Virus record (IMG/VR): IMGVR_UViG_3300030110_003801
Coordinates: 64,734-128,733 of that record
DNA length: 64,000 nt
From: a virus
Reading direction: 5' to 3' (one strand)
Shown here piece by piece: positions 47,025 through 58,364 of the stretch. Numbering within the stretch: position 1 is the first letter of the stretch; every line of letters starts with the position of its first letter. The translations under genes and the position numbers were made by a program. Below the pieces are notes generated by a model that saw only the letters and a list, made by a program, of their open reading frames with translations, searched no databases and was not told the DNA's origin.

Positions 47025-50000
47025 TTATTTAAAAATTCTTGAGCTTAATCTATACTTTGTTGACAAAGAGACAATATTAATTTCTTTGCCGTCTCCATTA
47101 TTAATAATCAACCTAGCTATTGCATATTTACCTCTTAATCTAGCACCATTTGCATCGTAAAGTACAGGGAACTCATAGCCATCATGCCTAGGTCTTACAT
47201 TAGCATTCATAAGGGCTACTTGAGACACTACACCATCTTCTTTTTCAACAGTAAGTTCTACATTATCTAGTCTTTCATTTGAGTCTATTCTTAAAACGTC
47301 AAAAGATTTCCCAAAGTTTCTTTCTGCATTTATAACAACCGAAACTTCTGATGGATTCACCTCTCCTAATATTTTACCTTTAACGTCTCCCGTATAAAGC
47401 TCCTCAATAACATAACTATTATCTGCCTTTTTTCCTAATAAATAAAACTCACTTTTTGAGAAAACTAAATCTAAAATCTTTGTAGTATTTTTTAAAACAA
47501 TACTTGTCATCCAAAAATTTCCCTTATCAGACCAAACAGCCATAAAAGCATCTCTAGGTATTCCTGTTGTAGTTGTGCCTGTATCATCTGATTGAATTAA
47601 AACATCTGTATGTTCGTTAAATCCAATCCAATACTCTCTATTATTGAAGTCATATCCCGAAACTATATTAACATCTTTTAACCCCGAGAATGATTCAAAC
47701 TTATCCAAAAAAACAGAGTGTAGTCCCATTTCTGTAACACTGCTATCTTTTCCTCCTCCAACTCTAAAAGCTTCTCTTTTATTTGCGTCTAAGAAGTATA
47801 TTGTGTTGTCTGACGTTATTACAGAGCGAATATGTTGTGAGCCGTTTTCAGTTAGTAGAAATTGAGGTTTATTTATTAAAACACTTCTATTTACAACCAT
47901 TTGATTTCCATCCGACTGCTCAATAATGTTTTTGTTAATTGGTATTACTGATACGGCAAGCTCTTGAACGGCATAAACGTTTCCGTTAGAAAGAATGGTT
48001 AATTTCGTCAATGATTCGTAAGTTTCTTCTAAGTCAAATATAGAAGTAGCATCGTACCTGTCAAAACCTTCAATGTCTGATTGATAAACTTTTTGTCTTG
48101 AATGAATTATTCTAGCAGGAAACTCTAATCTTTCCGTTTCCGTTTCCGACCTAGAGACCCAAGTTCTATTAATATTTTCAAGAGAATAACTAAAATTATA
48201 AGGATACCCATAGTCTATAGCAAATTCACCTAAAGAACGTGTATCTCTTACAGGATAAATAAAAGGACTCGCTTGTAAGCCCAAGTTTACACGAGACTCT
48301 AAATAAAGGCTTAAAACTTCTTGATGGTCGGGATAGGCAAAAACTCCATATCCACCCCTAGCACCTGATGTAGCGTTAGTTCCAAGGCTTGTATCTGCTA
48401 TTTTAAAACTGCCTTTACTAATAAAGCAATCTCCTCCCCAAACCTCTACGTCATATTTTTCATCTACCCCCCTATCAAGAACCACGTATGTTCCTGTGAA
48501 GATGTATTGATGAACGGTTTTTTTATCACCATACCTCTCATCAGATAAACCTCTTGTTAAATTAGCAATAGGCACAATGGATGATGCTCCATCGGATAAT
48601 TCTGTTACCTCATTTGTGATTTTTTGACCATCAAGACCTTGATAAGAGGTTGCACCGCAATTTAACTTTCTCGTTTGACTCTGACCGCTACCAAAATCTA
48701 AAAACAAGTCAGGTACTGAAAAATCTAAAAATTCATTTTTTGAGAGCATTGTAAAATCTCCAAACCTGTCGTTTATTAATAATACAAGACCTTTTTGCTG
48801 AGTAACATTATTGCTACAGTTTGATAAAGAAGCGTCGTTTAAGCCAAACGTATCCATTCTTTTAAACGGAAAGTGATAAGCCGCAGGGTTTGTAGGGAAA
48901 GTATATTTCGCCCCTCTATTTGTCATCTCTCCAAAATCTACCACTCTTGATGTAAGGTTATCGGGTAATGAAACTCTAACATCTGTAGAATTTGCAAACA
49001 AAGGATTTCTCATAGAGAACCTTACGTCTCTTTTGTTGGGATACCACCAATTAGACTGCTTGTAGTAATAGTTAGAAGGAGCGTCTGCCCTTAAGCCAAA
49101 AGCCATTTGATGGTTCGGAGATGAACCGTCATCAGCCCCTGTTCCTTCAACGTTTAATCTTGGAGTCCTATAAAGACTAACAGCGTCAACTACTTTTATC
49201 TCAGAACCGGGAGGAACTACAACAGTCTCAAAATTAATGCCGTCTTGAGACATCATATACTCAGGAGGGACACAATAAACTATTGGCAAGTCGTTATTTC
49301 GTTCTTTTAATTGAACTACCCTTTTGCTTTGTGAGGCAGCTACTACCTCAGCCCCTGTTCTTTCAAAATTGCTTGCTATTCCTTTTGTCAGTGGTTTTGG
49401 ACCAAAAGCCCCAACTCTACTTCCGTCGTATGAAACACAAAAAGTTTCGCTAGAAGGATAAACTGAAGGCATTACGGCTATTGTGGTTATTAAGGGAGAC
49501 TGCCAAACAATGTCTTTTAATCTTCTGACCCTTACTATAGCAAAAGCTCTAGCCCAATCAGGATGAGAACTAATTCCTGTTATTTTAAGACCTACAGGCT
49601 GTATAAACCCATCTGTAACACCAACAGCAGAGTCTGCGTCTTCATCCCATTCAGACATCATGGGAAAAGCTGTGTTTTCACGATTTGGGAACTTCCAATC
49701 TATACCTGACTCAACATGAGAATACTCAGCACCTCTTGTTGCTTGTACCGTTATATTACCATTTATAAAATTGTTATAAAAACCTGATGTAGCGAAGTCA
49801 TCTCTTCTCCAATTAACTAATAAGTGACCATCATAATATATTTCAATTACAGGTAAGTAAACCTGCCCTGCGCCTGAAACCCCTGCTGAGGTTTGTATAT
49901 TAACATAATCTCCCCTCCTGATACCTAATACACCATTTTCTGTTGCATTTGAGAAACTACCTGAAGGCTTTATTTTTGCAACATTAGTTTTGTGACCAAT

Positions 50001-52136
50001 CACTATGTCTGAAATTGGTGTTGGGGCTGTAAACGGTATACCATCGTTCCTAGAGCGATGCCCTTTAAAATCAAAAGGTACAGGTTGTGACCAACACCCA
50101 TACTTGTCTTGCCAAGTAATACCAAACCTATAAACTTCATCTCTAAAATAACCCCTTGTGTTTACGGCGTTTAGCGGATTCTTATACCCCCCTTCTACGG
50201 AGTTCTCACTATTAATTAAGTCATCAAGTTCAGCATTTGAATCTGCGATAGTAATATTGGTTCCCGGCTCTGTCCAATACATAACATCGGCGCAACCATG
50301 CTCTTCACGACCGTAGGTGTTTTTTATTAACTCATATTTAACATCTACTTTAAACTCATTAGTTCCTTCAACATATACAAGTTCTATTTTATCCTTGTCT
50401 AGGACAGCATTAAGCTCCTTGACTATTTTCTCTGCAATAGATTTATCAGTGTCACCGGGTTGGGCAATATATTTATACCCCATTATAGATGTATCCGGGT
50501 ACATTCCAAAAGCTGATGTAGGACCTTCAGGACCCACTTCATAATTATTAGTATTTCGCTGTATATTATTTAATGCCTCAGCCTTCATAACCATTTGGTC
50601 ATTAGAAGCCCAAATAGTGCCTAACGTAGAGCTTTCTATAAAAGCGGCTTGATAACCTCTAATAGAGAAAGCAAAAACATTTCCCGGTACAGCGTCTTCA
50701 ATAGACAAGGTAAAATGACGTTCATAAGCTAGGTTTGGGATACCGTTACCGTGACGAACATTGTCAAATCCGAACCCTGTTCCTGCGGAATGAAAATACA
50801 AATCTAAATCACTCGGGAGTACAGTTACTTGTGCAATACTGTCTACTTCGGGATAAGGAGCAAAAGGACCGTCTTGGGTGGATAACCCAAACATCTTCCA
50901 ACGGTATGGCTCTGACAGACCATCAGACGCAGAACCTGATAAGTTACCATTAAATTTTACACGTCCAACACTTGTGTTTTTTGAAAATGGAGCATAAACA
51001 GTGCTTTCAAGACCTAATTGCTTTGTAATAGTTTTAGCTTCATCAAATAACGGAAAGTAAGATGGAACAGCTCTATCTGCGTATTTTAAGTTTCCTCTAA
51101 ATAAAACGTTGTCTTTGGCAATTAATGTTTTAGCAGCCTCTACACAAGCGTCTGTTCCTATTATTTCAGAAATATCTAAAGTTGGTTCTAAGCCTCCACC
51201 ATGATACTCTATTCTGTCTGTAGCATCAAGAAAAGTCGTCTCAGGAGATGTTATGTAGGCTATAGTTGGAGATGTTAATAATCCATTTGTGTTTTTTATT
51301 ACACAAAGCTGAAAAGAATCATAAAGTTCTGAATTATAAGTTGTTTTATGAATTTTTAATATTATAGACTTTCTAGTATTTTCATTAGCAACTCCACCAT
51401 ACAACTCATCTAGCCTATCAACGTCTGAATAGTCTAAAGGATAAACAGGTATTGGGTTTGTAAGTAAACTCCAAGTTGTGTGTTTTTTGTTTTTAATATT
51501 AAAATATCTATATCCAAATTGATAAGTTCCCGAAGCAAGCTGACCCGAACCATTTTCTTGAGTTACATAAGATATAGGGTCAATAGGAGCATAAGGTATA
51601 GCAGTAACTTCCCTAGCGTCTGTTAACACAGTGTCTTTTACGTCTATTCTTCTTAAAACATTTTTGTGGTCTTCCCAATAAACTTTGTCAATATTATTTT
51701 CTCCAAAAACACAAGCATCAATAGTCCCTTCCTCGGGAAAGTCAAGCTCATCTTTTGAGTCAGAAGAGGTCTCTAAAAGAGTAAAGCTTTTATCATTTAT
51801 AATATCATAGAGAATTATTTTACAAACATTGTCGGTTAATGTGTCGTCATATCTTATATAATATAATATGCTTGGGTTTTTTTGTGTTGGACCGGTATAC
51901 TTTTCATAAGTACCAACAACTCTGAAAGCTCCTAATACATTAACCTCATTTGTTCCTGCGGGCAAAAACGCTTCAACCTCTTTGCTTCCTGATATATTTC
52001 GACAAGAGTAAAACTTTCCGTCAGATAAAACAGAAACGTTTACAGGGTTTCTGTATGTAGAATTTTCTTGAAACCTTGGGTCTATATCTTGATTCCAACC
52101 TTTGCTGAAGCCATTTTCAAAAACTTTAAACGCCAT
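47025..52136 (-). CDS. Tail nozzle/stabilisation (muzzle) protein
   Basis: FSKGWNQD N-terminus, YFRDEVYRFGI, VWGGDCFI, RLRGKY C-terminus; resembles crAss-like stabilisation proteins. Confidence 0.7.
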   Translation of the reverse strand: MAFKVFENGFSKGWNQDIDPRFQENSTYRNPVNVSVLSDGKFYSCRNISGSKEVEAFLPAGTNEVNVLGAFRVVGTYEKYTGPTQKNPSILYYIRYDDTLTDNVCKIILYDIINDKSFTLLETSSDSKDELDFPEEGTIDACVFGENNIDKVYWEDHKNVLRRIDVKDTVLTDAREVTAIPYAPIDPISYVTQENGSGQLASGTYQFGYRYFNIKNKKHTTWSLLTNPIPVYPLDYSDVDRLDELYGGVANENTRKSIILKIHKTTYNSELYDSFQLCVIKNTNGLLTSPTIAYITSPETTFLDATDRIEYHGGGLEPTLDISEIIGTDACVEAAKTLIAKDNVLFRGNLKYADRAVPSYFPLFDEAKTITKQLGLESTVYAPFSKNTSVGRVKFNGNLSGSASDGLSEPYRWKMFGLSTQDGPFAPYPEVDSIAQVTVLPSDLDLYFHSAGTGFGFDNVRHGNGIPNLAYERHFTLSIEDAVPGNVFAFSIRGYQAAFIESSTLGTIWASNDQMVMKAEALNNIQRNTNNYEVGPEGPTSAFGMYPDTSIMGYKYIAQPGDTDKSIAEKIVKELNAVLDKDKIELVYVEGTNEFKVDVKYELIKNTYGREEHGCADVMYWTEPGTNITIADSNAELDDLINSENSVEGGYKNPLNAVNTRGYFRDEVYRFGITWQDKYGCWSQPVPFDFKGHRSRNDGIPFTAPTPISDIVIGHKTNVAKIKPSGSFSNATENGVLGIRRGDYVNIQTSAGVSGAGQVYLPVIEIYYDGHLLVNWRRDDFATSGFYNNFINGNITVQATRGAEYSHVESGIDWKFPNRENTAFPMMSEWDEDADSAVGVTDGFIQPVGLKITGISSHPDWARAFAIVRVRRLKDIVWQSPLITTIAVMPSVYPSSETFCVSYDGSRVGAFGPKPLTKGIASNFERTGAEVVAASQSKRVVQLKERNNDLPIVYCVPPEYMMSQDGINFETVVVPPGSEIKVVDAVSLYRTPRLNVEGTGADDGSSPNHQMAFGLRADAPSNYYYKQSNWWYPNKRDVRFSMRNPLFANSTDVRVSLPDNLTSRVVDFGEMTNRGAKYTFPTNPAAYHFPFKRMDTFGLNDASLSNCSNNVTQQKGLVLLINDRFGDFTMLSKNEFLDFSVPDLFLDFGSGQSQTRKLNCGATSYQGLDGQKITNEVTELSDGASSIVPIANLTRGLSDERYGDKKTVHQYIFTGTYVVLDRGVDEKYDVEVWGGDCFISKGSFKIADTSLGTNATSGARGGYGVFAYPDHQEVLSLYLESRVNLGLQASPFIYPVRDTRSLGEFAIDYGYPYNFSYSLENINRTWVSRSETETERLEFPARIIHSRQKVYQSDIEGFDRYDATSIFDLEETYESLTKLTILSNGNVYAVQELAVSVIPINKNIIEQSDGNQMVVNRSVLINKPQFLLTENGSQHIRSVITSDNTIYFLDANKREAFRVGGGKDSSVTEMGLHSVFLDKFESFSGLKDVNIVSGYDFNNREYWIGFNEHTDVLIQSDDTGTTTTGIPRDAFMAVWSDKGNFWMTSIVLKNTTKILDLVFSKSEFYLLGKKADNSYVIEELYTGDVKGKILGEVNPSEVSVVINAERNFGKSFDVLRIDSNERLDNVELTVEKEDGVVSQVALMNANVRPRHDGYEFPVLYDANGARLRGKYAIARLIINNGDGKEINIVSLSTKYRLSSRIFK

Positions 52137-52148
52137 AAGTATATTTTT

Positions 52149-52880
52149 CTAAAATCTTGTTATTCTTGAGTTTCTAGCTCTTCTTTTAAAATTAGGTATT
52201 CCTGATACCCAACGTCTAAACATGGTGTCAGCACTTAAAGGGTCAGGCATCTTAATATCTCCTCTAATAGCCATTCTTTGTCGCTTCCACTCATCTCTTG
52301 CATCAGCAACCTCTGCTAAAGGCAAATCTCTAGTACCCACTCTTCTCCTCCTTTCTCTTTTTAAATATCGGTATTCTATATACGTGATAATAGCCTCTTT
52401 CATTTTTTCTTCAACAAGAGGCTCTCCATACTCATCAACAGGATAGCTGTAATAGGAAATCTCCATTTTAGTAACGCCCGACTTAGAAGCGTTGCTGCTA
52501 AAGACAAAAGCTTCTTTTTGTTCTGCCACTTTTATTGAAGAACCCTTTGAACGAGTTATATCTGTAGAGGTATCAAAACTTCCTTTAAAGTCTTGCTCTG
52601 ATTCCAAAACACCACTCTCTGCCATTTGATAATAATATATTTGACCACTATCATCTAATATGTTCATGTCTAAACCATACAGGTAATCATGTGGCTTCAT
52701 AGCACAAAGATTAGTTATAGGAATACATTTAGTCTTCTTGTCAACCCTGCTAGGTCCTATCTCCCTAAGAGCGTCCCAAGCCCACTCTTTAAATACCAAC
52801 TCATCTCTCGAATCATCAACATCTAAAGCAATAAAAGCTGAAGAAACTATTTGTTCTAATGTTATTGAAGGATACGCCAT
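52149..52880 (-). CDS. Tail ring/adaptor protein
   Basis: ISYYSYPVDEYGEPLV...EAIITYI; position. Confidence 0.6.
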   Translation of the reverse strand: MAYPSITLEQIVSSAFIALDVDDSRDELVFKEWAWDALREIGPSRVDKKTKCIPITNLCAMKPHDYLYGLDMNILDDSGQIYYYQMAESGVLESEQDFKGSFDTSTDITRSKGSSIKVAEQKEAFVFSSNASKSGVTKMEISYYSYPVDEYGEPLVEEKMKEAIITYIEYRYLKRERRRRVGTRDLPLAEVADARDEWKRQRMAIRGDIKMPDPLSADTMFRRWVSGIPNFKRRARNSRITRF

Positions 52881-53554
52881 TATCGTTGTCGTTGTCGTTG
52901 TTGTTGTTGCTGTTCTTGTTGTTTACCGTCATTATCCAAATCTTCAGGAATACCTAAAATTCTTCGCCCAACTTCCTCAACCATCTGAAGAAGTTCCATT
53001 ATTAGATTTGAACTAATAGGGTACTCATCAGTGTCCTTTAATTTAGAAGTGTTTTCTATAGCTACATATACATTAACTCTACCCCCTCGTTTGAAATTAT
53101 CAGTACCACCAAATATGGTGAGTTTGTCTGCGGTTCTATAATATACAATATTTTCTCTTGAGGGTTTTCCAAACTTAAGTCTTTTTAGACGGTTTAATTC
53201 ATTTGGTTTTATTCTAATTATAGTGTTTCCTGCCTGAGTTTCAACCCTGTACAAACCTACATCGTTGCCGTCTATAACTATTGGTTGGGAAGGAAGTGTT
53301 ACAGTAAATTTAGAGTCACTACATCCGTCAGGACAATCTTTGTCAATTTCTTCTATAGGTACACACTCGTATAAACTCAAAAACGACTCAATAGTTACGG
53401 AACCGTTCTCTTTAAATTTATCGTTAATTAATTTTGAGCGACTACTATCTAGCCAAGCTCTAATAAGCCTTCGGTCAATTTGAAAATCGTCAGAAACGTT
53501 AGATTGAGTTAGCCGAAGCTCTATGTTTGATATTAAGTCTATAATTTTTGCCAT
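52880..53554 (-). CDS. Tail ring/adaptor protein
   Basis: VSDD..IDRRLI...RSKLI; YPIS...DLDNDG. Confidence 0.6.
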   Translation of the reverse strand: MAKIIDLISNIELRLTQSNVSDDFQIDRRLIRAWLDSSRSKLINDKFKENGSVTIESFLSLYECVPIEEIDKDCPDGCSDSKFTVTLPSQPIVIDGNDVGLYRVETQAGNTIIRIKPNELNRLKRLKFGKPSRENIVYYRTADKLTIFGGTDNFKRGGRVNVYVAIENTSKLKDTDEYPISSNLIMELLQMVEEVGRRILGIPEDLDNDGKQQEQQQQQRQRQR

Positions 53555-53898
53555 TACACTTCTATTATTCTAACAACGTATGTATTAAACTCTAAACTCT
53601 CGTCAGGCTCTATAAGAATGCCTCGATTAAATTTTTTATTGTCGTCTTTGATAACCCCTGAATCTTTTAGGGCATCAAGAAAGAACTTCAACGTTACATT
53701 ATCGGTATCAATCTTACTGTTAAATCTTACGTGAACCTTAAATCTTTCCATTGGTCGTGGCTTTTGCTCAAGTATTAACCCTTTAAAAAGCGCTCTTCTT
53801 TGTTCTTTTAAGCCTTGATTAGCCCTCCAATGTTTGTTTCTTAAATCATTAGTAGAAGTCCATTTACCTTTGTAAACGACCTCTATAATATTATTCAT
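53554..53898 (-). CDS. rusA: RusA-like Holliday junction resolvase
   Basis: DTDN..LK..LDAL...GVIKDDN. Confidence 0.8.
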   Translation of the reverse strand: MNNIIEVVYKGKWTSTNDLRNKHWRANQGLKEQRRALFKGLILEQKPRPMERFKVHVRFNSKIDTDNVTLKFFLDALKDSGVIKDDNKKFNRGILIEPDESLEFNTYVVRIIEV

Positions 53899-54556
53899 TC
53901 TCGTTTATTTCGTTTGTAGCCATACCATAAAAATCCTCCTCCCTAAGCGATACTCCTGCTTGGCGTAAAGCCATAAAGATTATTTTATTAGCAGCTTTGT
54001 CTGACAATTCTATCTTAGAATCTGTACTTGCCTTGCTAACCTCAAGATGTTTTTTTAGAACTACAAATTCTACGTTTGACTCTGTTGCAGGGTTAAACTG
54101 TATGTATCCATTAAATAATCTGTGAGTCGGATACTCTTCGGTTGGCTTTTTGTAGGTGTTATCTTTTTGCGCCAACCAATCATTGTGTCTTACGAATCTT
54201 GACTTTCTTTGTTCTCCTCCGCACTCTTTACTACTAGCTTTTGACGCACTTAGTATGTATGAAAACTCCCTATCAGTAGCTCCGGCTCCTGTTAGGCTTT
54301 CATTAATCTCCGTGTCTTTAATCTTTCCGTTTGAATCAGTTCTTACATCGTCAACAATCTCTATAAGCTCTCTAAGCTCTTCTACGTCTCTAATAGAGGC
54401 TTCTGCTCTGTGAACCGGCTTGGTGTCGAAATGGTCATTAACAAACTCGACGATAGCCCGATTAAGAAAAAGGTCTATTTCATCATCCGTAAAATACGGA
54501 GACGCTGTTTTGTCTATCCAAAGATTAAATAATTTATGTGCGTCATCTATCTCCAT
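53891..54556 (-). CDS. Head-tail connector/ring protein
   Basis: FTDDEIDLFLNRA...ELRELI. Confidence 0.6.
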   Translation of the reverse strand: MEIDDAHKLFNLWIDKTASPYFTDDEIDLFLNRAIVEFVNDHFDTKPVHRAEASIRDVEELRELIEIVDDVRTDSNGKIKDTEINESLTGAGATDREFSYILSASKASSKECGGEQRKSRFVRHNDWLAQKDNTYKKPTEEYPTHRLFNGYIQFNPATESNVEFVVLKKHLEVSKASTDSKIELSDKAANKIIFMALRQAGVSLREEDFYGMATNEINENE

Positions 54557-54558
54557 AG

Positions 54559-55731
54559 TTATGCAGAAACTTTAATATAGTAATACAACATTAAATAACT
54601 ATCTCTTGTATCAACGGGAATATTCGATGTAGTATTTACATCTGTAGACTGTCCTGAAATAGGAACCTCAATAGTAGCGTCTATAGATGTTCCTGCACTG
54701 TCTCCCGACCTAGCGACAGCGACGCTAGTACCATCAGAACTAACAGTCTCAAGCGTGGCGTTAACAGTGAAGTTTACATCGTGTGCGTGTTGCGGTAATT
54801 GATTTGCAATTAAAGTAACGTTTTCTGCCCCCCCTGTTTGACCAATAGCTCCATAAGAAGGGTCTCCTGATTTATAACCTCTCTGAACTTTTCCTCCTAA
54901 ATCAGGAAGGTTGAAGGTCGTACTTCCATCTCCTGCTCCATAAGATGTTCCTATAAGGGTGAATAGAGCTGAGTATGTAGTTCTACTTATCGCTCCTCCA
55001 TCACAAATAAGCCAATTAGCAGAAGGAGGTACACCCGTAGACAAAGTTACAACTTCCCCTAAAAACCTATTATCGGCAGGGTTGACCGCTGCAATAGCTG
55101 CTGCGTTAGTCGCTATGTTGGTTGTATTAGTCGCTATGTTGGTTGTATTAGTTGCTAGACTAGCTGTGTTTGTAGCTATGTTAGCTGTGTTTGTAGCTAA
55201 ACTCCCTTGTAAAGAAACAATGTTCCCCTGTATAGCCGTTATGTCTGATTGAATAGAAGACATATCGGGAACTCCTGCGGAAACACTATTAATATTAGCC
55301 TGAAGCGTGTCAAGCTCTGTAGATAAAAAAGAAATAAACTCAGTAGAAAGCTCCACCGTGTAATCGTTATTATCTAGTGAGCTAGGATTAGCAACAGCAG
55401 TGACAAGTTTTGCCGTTAGTGATTTTATAGTCTGTGTCTTATCCTTTACAGTAGGCAAGTTTTTTATCTGTGCCGCATAAGTAAATCCGTCATTGGGAGG
55501 CGTGTTGTTTTTGGCATTACTCCCGCTTGCTGTTTTAACAAGACCTTGGTAGGATTCGCTAGCAGTATCTTCTTTGTTTAGGATAAAAGTTATAGAGTCA
55601 AACAGCTCCTTAAAAGTTTGCTCAGTAGGACTATCTTTATCACGAAATCTAGTACCCGGAACTTTAGTCCCGTCCGCATTTATTATTTGCGTTTTTTCTC
55701 TAAAATAACTCTTCTCTTTTCTACTTGCCAT
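54559..55731 (-). CDS. Tail fibre with heptad coiled coil and tail-collar domain
   Basis: (IATNTTN) repeats; WLICDGGAISRTTYSALF..IG..YGAGDGSTTFNLPDL. Confidence 0.88.
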   Translation of the reverse strand: MASRKEKSYFREKTQIINADGTKVPGTRFRDKDSPTEQTFKELFDSITFILNKEDTASESYQGLVKTASGSNAKNNTPPNDGFTYAAQIKNLPTVKDKTQTIKSLTAKLVTAVANPSSLDNNDYTVELSTEFISFLSTELDTLQANINSVSAGVPDMSSIQSDITAIQGNIVSLQGSLATNTANIATNTASLATNTTNIATNTTNIATNAAAIAAVNPADNRFLGEVVTLSTGVPPSANWLICDGGAISRTTYSALFTLIGTSYGAGDGSTTFNLPDLGGKVQRGYKSGDPSYGAIGQTGGAENVTLIANQLPQHAHDVNFTVNATLETVSSDGTSVAVARSGDSAGTSIDATIEVPISGQSTDVNTTSNIPVDTRDSYLMLYYYIKVSA

Positions 55732-55742
55732 TTTATTAAATT

Positions 55743-56372
55743 TTAATATTCTACTACTTTTTCTCTAATGTCAGAAGCCATGTTTGCGTGATGAAAAACT
55801 ATGTTAGGAACAACACAAAAAGAGTTACCCCTAATTTTTTGAAAGCTTAGAGTCATTTCATCAATAGGACACTCGCTTCTCTCTAACTCTTCTAAATAAA
55901 GGTCGTACATGGTCTCGTTTACAGCATAAGCTTGACAACACCAAGCACCCCTTAATCTATGAACAACTCCGCTGTACCATTTTGTAGGAACCTCGTGAGT
56001 TGAGTTTAAATGAAAAAAGTCAAAATCTTTCGGAAGGTGTTTAACAGACTCCTTGTAGATAGAACCAAAGTTTTGTATAAAGTCTACATCGTCTTCCATT
56101 ATAAAAACATTTTTCCAACCTTCTTTTTTTGCTTTTTCAATCAATCTTTTTGTTGTGTAAACCAATCCCGCAGCATTCCTATTCCAACCTTGGTACGGTT
56201 TACCATTAAATTTAGCGAATTTACTTCTTCCTGAAGTTGCCTTCCAAAATTCGTAATGTTCACCTTCAATCATTCCTAGTTTTTCCTCTAGTCGTTTCTT
56301 AGTTGTAGAGCGTCTGTCTTTAGACTTTGGTAAGTTTATGACAAATACTCTATCAAAGTTTTCTTGTATCAT
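55743..56372 (-). CDS. Glycosyltransferase family 25
   Basis: FVINL..SKDRR, IMEDDV, AYAVN, PID. Confidence 0.82.
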   Translation of the reverse strand: MIQENFDRVFVINLPKSKDRRSTTKKRLEEKLGMIEGEHYEFWKATSGRSKFAKFNGKPYQGWNRNAAGLVYTTKRLIEKAKKEGWKNVFIMEDDVDFIQNFGSIYKESVKHLPKDFDFFHLNSTHEVPTKWYSGVVHRLRGAWCCQAYAVNETMYDLYLEELERSECPIDEMTLSFQKIRGNSFCVVPNIVFHHANMASDIREKVVEY

Positions 56373-56388
56373 ATTTATGTTTCATTTG

Positions 56389-58353
56389 TTACGTATTCAA
56401 GTCAACTGTTGGGTCTGAGCCTGTTACGTTGTTGCTTATAAAGTTAATCAACAATGGGTATCCATCGTGAGTCCACTGAAAAGCTTTGTTTGTTGGTGGA
56501 CCAAATAACCTGTATTCAGCATCAGTATTCCCGGCAGCAGTACCACCTCCATCAGCTCTTTGCGCACCACTACCTCCTGCTGACGTATCAAAAAACGAAC
56601 CTGCTCTTTGATAACCAATAGCTATTTGGTTAGTGTTGTTATTTGTTTGACTAGCAGAGCTAGTAAGTCTTTTACCGTCGTTAGTTAACACACTACCTCC
56701 TGCTTGGTCAGGATTTAATGTTCCTACGAACAACTGAGGAACATACCAATCATCCTCTGTTATTGTAGCTGAAGTTTGATTAGGAACAATAAAAGAAGCT
56801 CCGTGCAAAACTGACTCAAAAGTTTTATTTCTAATACCTCTAACAAAATCACACCCTACTAATCTCCAAGAGTTGCTTGCCGTATCAACAAAAGTTAAAT
56901 TAGCACACTCATCTCCAAAGGCGTTTCCTCTTCCACCTACATTTTCAAAAGAAATATTCTCACAACTTGTTCCAAAAGTATTGTTATCCATTTTAGAATA
57001 TGGAGAAACGTAAGATGTACCAAACCCAAGGGCTTCATCCCTGTCTCCCAACATGTTTATTAATGTACAACTTTGAGCAAATCTATTGTTACTACCTCCG
57101 TAAATCTGAATAGAAGAACAGTTAGACTTAAAACTATTATTACTTCCTTTAAAAACAGTTATGTTTGCGTTGTTTTTACCTAATACGTTATAGCTAGCGT
57201 CTCTCACAAAGTAAATAGCTGAAGAATCACACCCTACTTCATTGTTTGAAGAATTGGAAATAGAAACTATTCTCTCACTGTTCGCTCCTACTTCTACGTC
57301 ATCGGCTGAAATACCTAAGTAGTGCCTAACTAAATAACCGAAATTATTGCTAGTAATACTAAATCCATATATGTTTTCACAAGACCCATTTATTACCACC
57401 GCTGTACTAGATTTTACAATAGCCTTAGAAGAGCTTGCCCCTATTTTAACATCACTAGACGCATTAACAGTTGTTTTGGAGACAGACTGTCCAATAGAAA
57501 CTCCTGAAGAGTTTACAAGTAAAACATCTGTAGTATCTTTTTGTATGATTACATTCTTAGATAAAGCATCAATAGATTGATGATAAGCTATTGACGACCC
57601 GTCGTGAGCTATAGTCGTATCTGCTATTTGAATAGAGACATCTCCATACATATCTTCATCAATCTGAGTTATAGCGCTCAAGGTATCTGCGTTTGCTTCA
57701 GCAGAAGATACAATATTAGTCGTTGTAGAGTTTACAAAATACCAACCTGCCGAAACAGTAGAGCCTGCTACATTATAGTAAATAATATCTCCCTTGTTTT
57801 TTGCAACAGGAGTAGTTACCTCAACACCAACCTTACTTAATCCGTACCTAGCAACATAGTTATTTCTAAAGTCAAAAAACGCTTCAATATTTTTATCAAC
57901 ATCTCTCCTGTACTTTATAAAACCACTTCTTGATGTAGCGGTAGTAGATTCGGTGTCATCCGTAAAATCGTAAACTATAATATCTTTAGGATGGTTTAGA
58001 GACCTAGCAGACCCAAAAAAACTATTATTGTTTTTAGCAACAATAGCTAATTGCTCCGTAATGGCTGTGTAACCCGGAACAGAAGTATTTAACGTAGGTG
58101 TAGATACTGAACCAACTAAAGAAACGGTTTCATAAGGAAAAATATATATAGTTCCCGGTTCTAAACTTGAAGAACCAACAAGAGTTGCTAAATCAGCATA
58201 ACTAGCCATGATTTCTACCTTACCACAAAGAGTATCTATAGTATCTTCAAAAGAAGAACGGATGTCTTCTGCCGAAACTTCAAAAGTCGTATTGGTAAAA
58301 ATCTTGCCATCTATTGATGTTTTTAACGCACTTTTACTTCCTAAATCTGCCAT
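56389..58353 (-). CDS. Tail spike/fibre with beta-helix repeats
   Basis: IVYDF, GFIKYRRD, FDFRN, then N/S/G-rich NxFGxxC repeats. Confidence 0.7.
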   Translation of the reverse strand: MADLGSKSALKTSIDGKIFTNTTFEVSAEDIRSSFEDTIDTLCGKVEIMASYADLATLVGSSSLEPGTIYIFPYETVSLVGSVSTPTLNTSVPGYTAITEQLAIVAKNNNSFFGSARSLNHPKDIIVYDFTDDTESTTATSRSGFIKYRRDVDKNIEAFFDFRNNYVARYGLSKVGVEVTTPVAKNKGDIIYYNVAGSTVSAGWYFVNSTTTNIVSSAEANADTLSAITQIDEDMYGDVSIQIADTTIAHDGSSIAYHQSIDALSKNVIIQKDTTDVLLVNSSGVSIGQSVSKTTVNASSDVKIGASSSKAIVKSSTAVVINGSCENIYGFSITSNNFGYLVRHYLGISADDVEVGANSERIVSISNSSNNEVGCDSSAIYFVRDASYNVLGKNNANITVFKGSNNSFKSNCSSIQIYGGSNNRFAQSCTLINMLGDRDEALGFGTSYVSPYSKMDNNTFGTSCENISFENVGGRGNAFGDECANLTFVDTASNSWRLVGCDFVRGIRNKTFESVLHGASFIVPNQTSATITEDDWYVPQLFVGTLNPDQAGGSVLTNDGKRLTSSASQTNNNTNQIAIGYQRAGSFFDTSAGGSGAQRADGGGTAAGNTDAEYRLFGPPTNKAFQWTHDGYPLLINFISNNVTGSDPTVDLNT

Positions 58354-58364
58354 TTTTTTGTTTT

